A stretch of DNA of 59,556 nt, the filler included, from Basidiobolus ranarum (Eukaryota): NCBI GenBank assembly GCA_040143965.1. It is 9 parts of 9 records of this genome, joined end to end, with 100 filler letters (N's around TTAATTAATTAA, not from the genome) between each part and the next. Parts side by side here need not be neighbours in the genome. Positions count along the whole stretch, not along the records: positions 53,052 to 59,556 come from JASJQH010008181.1; 8 more parts are not named here. One strand, written 5' to 3'. The notes beneath the pieces were generated by a model. The model searched no databases. It saw nothing but the letters and a program-made list of their open reading frames with translations, and was not told the origin of the DNA. The translations under genes were made by a program, and so were the position numbers. Each line of letters opens with the position of its first letter. The stretch's first letter is position 1. Shown in pieces: positions 53,790 through 59,556 of the stretch.

Positions 53790-54150
53790 AGTATCCTTTC
53801 CTTTAGTGATGGCTTTCAGACATCATAGGCCCACACTTTTCTGGGTAGGCTTCATGAAACTCCTGGCAAAGTTTCTTAGAATTAAAAAGATTTGTTGCTG
53901 GCACCCATGATTGCTCATTTGCTGAGTATCCCTTCCATTCTGCCAAATAAAGCAATTCATGTTAATAAATTCTGGAATCTAGAATTTTGCTAACTTCATA
54001 TTCAGGGTGTTCTTAAACTTGGATTGCTGGGGATGGGTCAATGGATTGGCCCTGGAAGGTGTTTCTGGCATGTGGCTCTAGGAGAGATTTATGGAACACA
54101 TTGTGGACTTTCAAATGGGCTGGGAGTTCCAGGCAGAATTTTTATATGGT
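53790..54150 (-). mobile_element. Chromoviral Gypsy integrase C-terminus with chromodomain
   Basis: CLELPAHLKVHNVFHKSLLEP, then EYEVSKILDSR..LLYLAEWK/YSANEQSWVPATNL, then a purine tract. Confidence 0.8.
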
Positions 54151-54599
54151 AAACTTGTTGTAAAGAAATCACTAACAAACAGCTTATAATAAACTTAAAT
54201 TGGCATCCATTAGTGGAAATATCTTATAAATCCCCTGATGACTCATCTGCAACACCTTCTCAGAATCAGCTGATGGTATTGATGAGCTATACCAAAAATA
54301 CCATCCTTATGTAGGAGGAGTTCTTTTTTCTACAATATTCTTCTCCTGCTGCAACACAAATGTTTAAACAAGCCTTGCTATTACTATCACAAATTCTTAG
54401 GCTATGAAATCTGGAGGTTTCATAGAAAAGATAAATACAAGCATGGTCACTGTATAAAGCCACCAGCAGCACAAAGCCTGGTGAATACCAACAGTAATAA
54501 GTGCACAAAATCAGCTTTAGTTTTACCCACTGAGTCCACTGATGGTACTTGTTCTCAAAGTTTTGATAACACTGCCAAAAGTCATGATACCATGAGTTG

Positions 54600-56430
54600 C
54601 ATAGTTGTGTGACCAGAATGAAGTGAGTAGAACTGCAACTTTGATGAAACTGGCATGTTCAGACAACTTTGAGGACTTGCAGCTAGATGTTGACCTTGGT
54701 CATTCCAGTACCAATGGTTGTATATCAGAAGTTGAACAAAAAGATGATGGTTTTGTTATGGACCCTGTGTTATCTGCAAGCACTAATTCACTCATAACAC
54801 TTTCTGTACAGAAAGCAGCTTTGATTATTGATGAATGGAGATTTCAATCCAATTTTAGCAATCAGGTGTTTGTTGGTTTTCTTACACTTTTACCCTAGGT
54901 GATTAGCAACTGTTGCTTGCCACAGACCTGGTACAAGTAGAAAGCACTTGTCAATCATATGACTTATAATCCTTCAGTAGTTAAACTGCCTGCATGTCCA
55001 AATGGCTGTTTGGCTTTCACCGGTGATCTGAAAAACCTGAAGTCATGTACTGTTTGCACACAATTAGCAATCACTGAATCAGGTAAATAATGTTCATACT
55101 TGGCTTACATACTGTTGATTCCCAATCTTAAAGTTTTGATGAAATCACCCAAATATAGATCATTGATCCAATACCAAAGTACTTACCATAAAGATGATGG
55201 TATTACCAATATACTTGATAGACATCACTACCAGAATCTGAACAGTTAAGGTTTCCTTGTGAATACATATGCTCACATATTTGCATTGTCTCTGGATGGT
55301 TTCTGACTTAACAACTATACTGTTGGAATGGTTTGCTGGTCAATATTTTAACTAACTTTGATCTTCCTTCTTCTGAATGGTATAAGAGTCATAATTTTGA
55401 TAGCATCCATCATATCTGGACCTAAATCACCAGTGCTTATAGATAGGTTCTTGGAGCCTTTGATTGTAGAATTTGTATGGTTCTATAGCGGGGTTCAGAT
55501 GGGTGAATATTTTATTAGTGGTAATATCATTGTATGTATAGGTTACACTCCTGCCATCAATAAGATTGGAGGTTTTTTAAGGGCCCAATGCACTATCTTG
55601 GTGTAGATTTTGTCAAATCAATGGAGTTTACTCCATGAAGCATACACATTACTACCATCCAAATACAAAACTTAACTCCATGATTTTACCATCAAGAGCC
55701 TGGTCAGATTTCAACATGATCACTGATATCACTTCACCAAATAGTCAGTCTAACATCAAACTTGGTATTAGCCATAAGCCTAAGATTTTATGGCCAAGGG
55801 GATCAGCTGGAGCCAGAGCTTCCCATCAGAATCTATGAAGTTACAAGTCAATGACATTCCAACACTACTTACTCAGCTATATAATGGAAAATTCAATTTG
55901 AATCAGCCATGTGTGTTAGGATCAAATTTGAATCATTGGGGAAAGTGATTGAAAAAGTCAAGATACCATTATATTATATCAGCAATCCCATGAATAGCCA
56001 CCCATCTAGGTGTTTATTCAAATGCAAAGACTGGAAGTATTGGAGTTGTGTATATTTGAGAGGAATCTTGAAAAGATTTCTGCCTGATAGGTATTGGCAA
56101 CATTGGGAGTTCTTTGTGGATAATGTTAATATATTCTTATGGCATCAACTTACATTTGCAGATCGCAGGCAGATACAGCAACTATGCAAAGATTTTGTAA
56201 TTGGATATCAAAAAATTTATTAATGGTTTGAAGAAGAAAAACTGAATCTATGCCAGTATGCAATACATTCCCTACTGCATCTTACTCACTGCTTAGAAAT
56301 TTTAGGCCCTTGCTATACATTCTGGGAGTTCCCAACAGAGTGCACATATGGTGAATTGATGCTCCAAGTTAAATTGTCATTGTTACCATATGCTTATCTG
56401 ATTAACAATGTATCAGCAAAATCAGAGATG
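54600..56430 (+). mobile_element. Decayed EnSpm/CACTA-like transposase
   Basis: Motifs ACPNGCLAFTG, LSLDGF, SGPKSPVLIDRFLEPL, KCKDWKYW and IHSLLHL...GPCYTFWEFPTE. Homologous to 6649-7880. Confidence 0.8.
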
Positions 56431-56441
56431 GACATAATGCA

Positions 56442-57520
56442 TATTGAAGTTTACTGTCTTTAGCATATTTGTTATTTCTAGCTTCATACACCTAACTACT
56501 TCATATATCACATATAAGTTGGTGAACATTACATAATCAAACATCACCTAACTGTAAATCCAAACATATATTATATATATATGTGAAAAATGTGAGAAGT
56601 AGCAATTTCATGGTGGAAATTTCAAACTTGTCCAAATTGCCCCAAAGATAGCTCATTTTACTCCCACAGATGTTCAAAACCTTTGCAGAATGACAGAAAT
56701 TACTACTACCACTTTTATTAACTCAAGTGTTGTACAGCTTGAGGGTGAAAAATAAAATTTCTGGAAGTTCAAGATGCAAATAATGTGAAACAACAGGGAG
56801 CTTTAGGATGTAGTCTCTGGAGATGAGAAAGAACCTTCTAACCCTTGCTTATTTAAAGCTTACAAGAAAACAGACCAGAAGCCCTTTAATGTCATTTGTC
56901 AAAGTTTGAAGGATTCACAACTTGTGAATATTCAATAAGCAACCAATCCCCATCAAGCTTGGACTATATTGGAAGAGTGTTATGAGGCACAAAGTCTTGC
57001 TAATTGACTCTTTTGCAGATGGAAATTCTTCAATATAAAGACAGAAAAGTCTGAAAGCATAGTTACTCATGTTGCAAATATGTGATCTTTGGCAAAACAA
57101 CTGGAAAATAATGGTGAAACTTTACAGGAAGAAGATGTCTCAATGACTCTTCTAAGTAGTCTACCAGAATAGTATTCAAACTTGGTCACAGCTTTGGAAG
57201 CAACATCTGACAAGTTATTGTTGTGGTTTGTGGTAGGAAGGCTGATGGTTCAACACCTCAGAAGTAAGAATTTGTAAAATGAATCTGAGGAAGCGGATCT
57301 TTTTAGAGCTGGAAAATGTAGCTTTGGCAAGTACAGAGGTTACAGAAGAAGAAAGCCAGGTTTATGCTATGGTTGTAACCAACCAGGACACCAGTTAAAA
57401 GATTGGAATTCAAGAAATTTCATCAAAAATGAGAAGTCAGAAAAAGCAAATTGGGTTTCAACTAAAGAGGAAGTTTTATTCACTTCTGCCCTATCAGTGG
57501 CCTCTGAACAGGCTTACTAT
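56442..57520 (+). mobile_element. Partial family B LTR with a decayed Copia gag
   Basis: The LTR mirrors 170-411. Gag motifs WKFKMQI, MTLLSSLPE*YSNLVTALE and the zinc knuckle CYGCNQPGH. Confidence 0.82.
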
Positions 57521-57529
57521 TCTTAATAT

Positions 57530-59556
57530 TGAGGCATTGTATGATATCTAAGATGTATCTGGACTGAATCAGCATGACTTTCTGATTGGGTTTATCTCTC
57601 TTGATTTGGATTCTACAAAAATAACTTGATTCACCCATATCAGTAATCCAAATTGATTTGATAAGCCACTTTTTGTTGGATTAAATGTTTCTAGATTGTT
57701 CATGGCTATGATCAAGTCATGCACATGTAGTGCTAAGATAAGGATCCTCTTTCCGGTTGTTTTGATGTAACTACTGTGAGCTGCAATGCATTTTTGGAAT
57801 TCCAGTGATTCCCAATTGGTATATATCTTGTTGTACCATGCCCTGGGTGCTTGCTTGAGTCCATATAGCAGTTTTGTAGCTTATAGACCATTTAAGTGTG
57901 TATTGGGCATCAAATCCATCAGGTTGCTCTGTGTAGATTTCTTCTTCTAGATTTCCATTCAGAAAGGCAGTTTTTGCATCTATTTGAGGTAATTCAGGGT
58001 TATGGATGGCAGAGAGTGCCAAGATTGATCCAATGGAGCCAATCTTCGGTACACTTAACCCTAAGTACAGGAGCAGAGGTTTGATTAAATCAACTCCTGG
58101 AGTCTGGGAATAATAAATTACAACTAATCTTGCTTTGTACCTTTCTGTGGTTCCATCAGCTCAGTTTTTGACTTTGTAGACCCATTTGCAAACTATTGGC
58201 TTTGTCCCTGATGGAAGAGGACTTGAAACCCTGGTTCTATTGTCCTGAAGTGAAGAAAACTCAGCAGTATTGCTATTACCTATTACATTGTTTCTTGACA
58301 CTCCAGAGCCTGTTACAGAGTCTGTAACTTGTGACTAAATGCTGTGTAAGCATATGCAGTGATATTGAAAGTGTTCCACCAGTCTCCTGTCATTTTCCCC
58401 CTTTTGGATGATTTTCAAGGTCCTGAATCATCCTCTGATGTATTTGGAGCTGGAAATTTGGTTGAATAGGTCAGATACAGCGGGAATTTTGTTTGACACA
58501 TCTTTAATTGTGCCAATTGTGTTTTCTGGTTCAAGAACCATGATTCAAGAGGAAAAATTTTCTTTTCAATCAAAAATCACATATCTTTACTTAATTAACC
58601 TACAACTCTTTTATCAAACAGTCTGTAGACCTTAGATTTATCATAGTAACCAAGAAACCGGCATTTTCTACTTTTGGGTCCCAATTGAGAGCAATATGGA
58701 GCTGGAATTAGGCAATATGTTCTGAAACCAAAGATCTTGAGATGATCCACAGTTAGTTTTGATCCTCATTGAGCTTCAAATGAAGTAGAATTTTTAGCAA
58801 TATTGTTGGGCATCTGTTCTTGATATAGACTGCAGTGGGGACAGATTCAGCCCAATTGTGCTAATCTAACTTTTGATCAAGTGACATTGTTCTTGCCTTC
58901 TCCACTATAGTCCTATTAGCATATTCTGCAACTCCATCTTACTGCAGAGGGTAAGGTATAGTAGTTTGTTGCTTAATCTCATGTTTAGAACAAAAATTAG
59001 TAAAGTCTTTAGAGCAGTATTTTCACCATTATCACTCCTTGGTACACTAATTAATTGTGCTGATTATCTCTCAACCACTGCTTTGTAGTGCTTGAATGCA
59101 GCTAATGCTTTGGAGTTTGATTTGAGAACAAATACCCAAGTATATCTAGTCTTATTATCAATAAAGGGCACAAAGTACTTTTCCCCATTAGTGAGGCATC
59201 TTTCATGGGCCCCATTGGTCAGAATGATTCAAGGCATACTTCTGAGTAGATTTATTTGCTCCAGAGCTTGAAGATTGCTGACTATGATGTTTTCCATATA
59301 TGCAACCTTCACACAGAGCTAATTTATTGATATCTTGGACTTCTAAGCCTGAAAAAAGTTGATTTTGGATCTTTGGGTCAGTTTCTGTTCCCCAATGTGG
59401 CGTAAACTTCTATGCCTGGTTTGACAGCTTATATGACTGGTTTTGGCCAAGTTTGCATGCTCCAAATGCAATTTGTAGATATTAATTAGAGCAATAAACA
59501 CACATTTTTAATGACAGAATTGAGTGCTAAATAATCAGAATATGAATAAACTAACT
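57530..59556 (-). mobile_element. Decayed Copia integrase and RT with a family D LTR fragment at the end
   Basis: Collinear with 21400-23320 (DAKTAFLNGNLEEEIY). 59480-59556 matches 24095-24170. Confidence 0.88.

Noticed and set aside
54170-54174. CACTA pentamer upstream of the transposase as a terminal repeat
   Set aside because: A 5-mer occurs often by chance, and no partner TIR or TSD is visible.

Overview
This window is eukaryotic, fungal DNA with short GT-AG introns; an early-diverging lineage is plausible but only inferred. It is not one locus. It consists of nine unrelated contigs of about 6.5 kb (6548, 6546, 6543, 6535, 6525, 6525, 6517, 6512 and 6505 bp), sorted by size and joined by identical 100-bp N44-TTAATTAATTAA-N44 spacers. 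Complete host genes: an AVT-type amino-acid transporter, a nucleoside hydrolase, an MCT-type MFS transporter, a CaMKK/Ssp1/Sak1-like kinase, and an intronless 652-aa SdsA1/BDS1-type alkyl sulfatase. Partial or broken genes: an ERG26-like gene cut at an LTR tip, a Con7-like C2H2 factor, an SDR, and a second nucleoside hydrolase copy. More than half of the sequence is decayed transposons: at least four Ty1/Copia LTR families, Ty3/Gypsy pieces including a chromodomain integrase, an EnSpm/CACTA-like family and LINE remnants. These are strongly CpG-depleted relative to the genes. The best candidates for follow-up are the bacterial-type sulfatase embedded in host DNA, repeat-restricted CpG decay, half-tRNA(iMet)-primed Copia families, and LTRs stacked on copies of themselves. 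I found no clearly new multi-gene system, and gene neighbourhoods across the spacers are artefacts.
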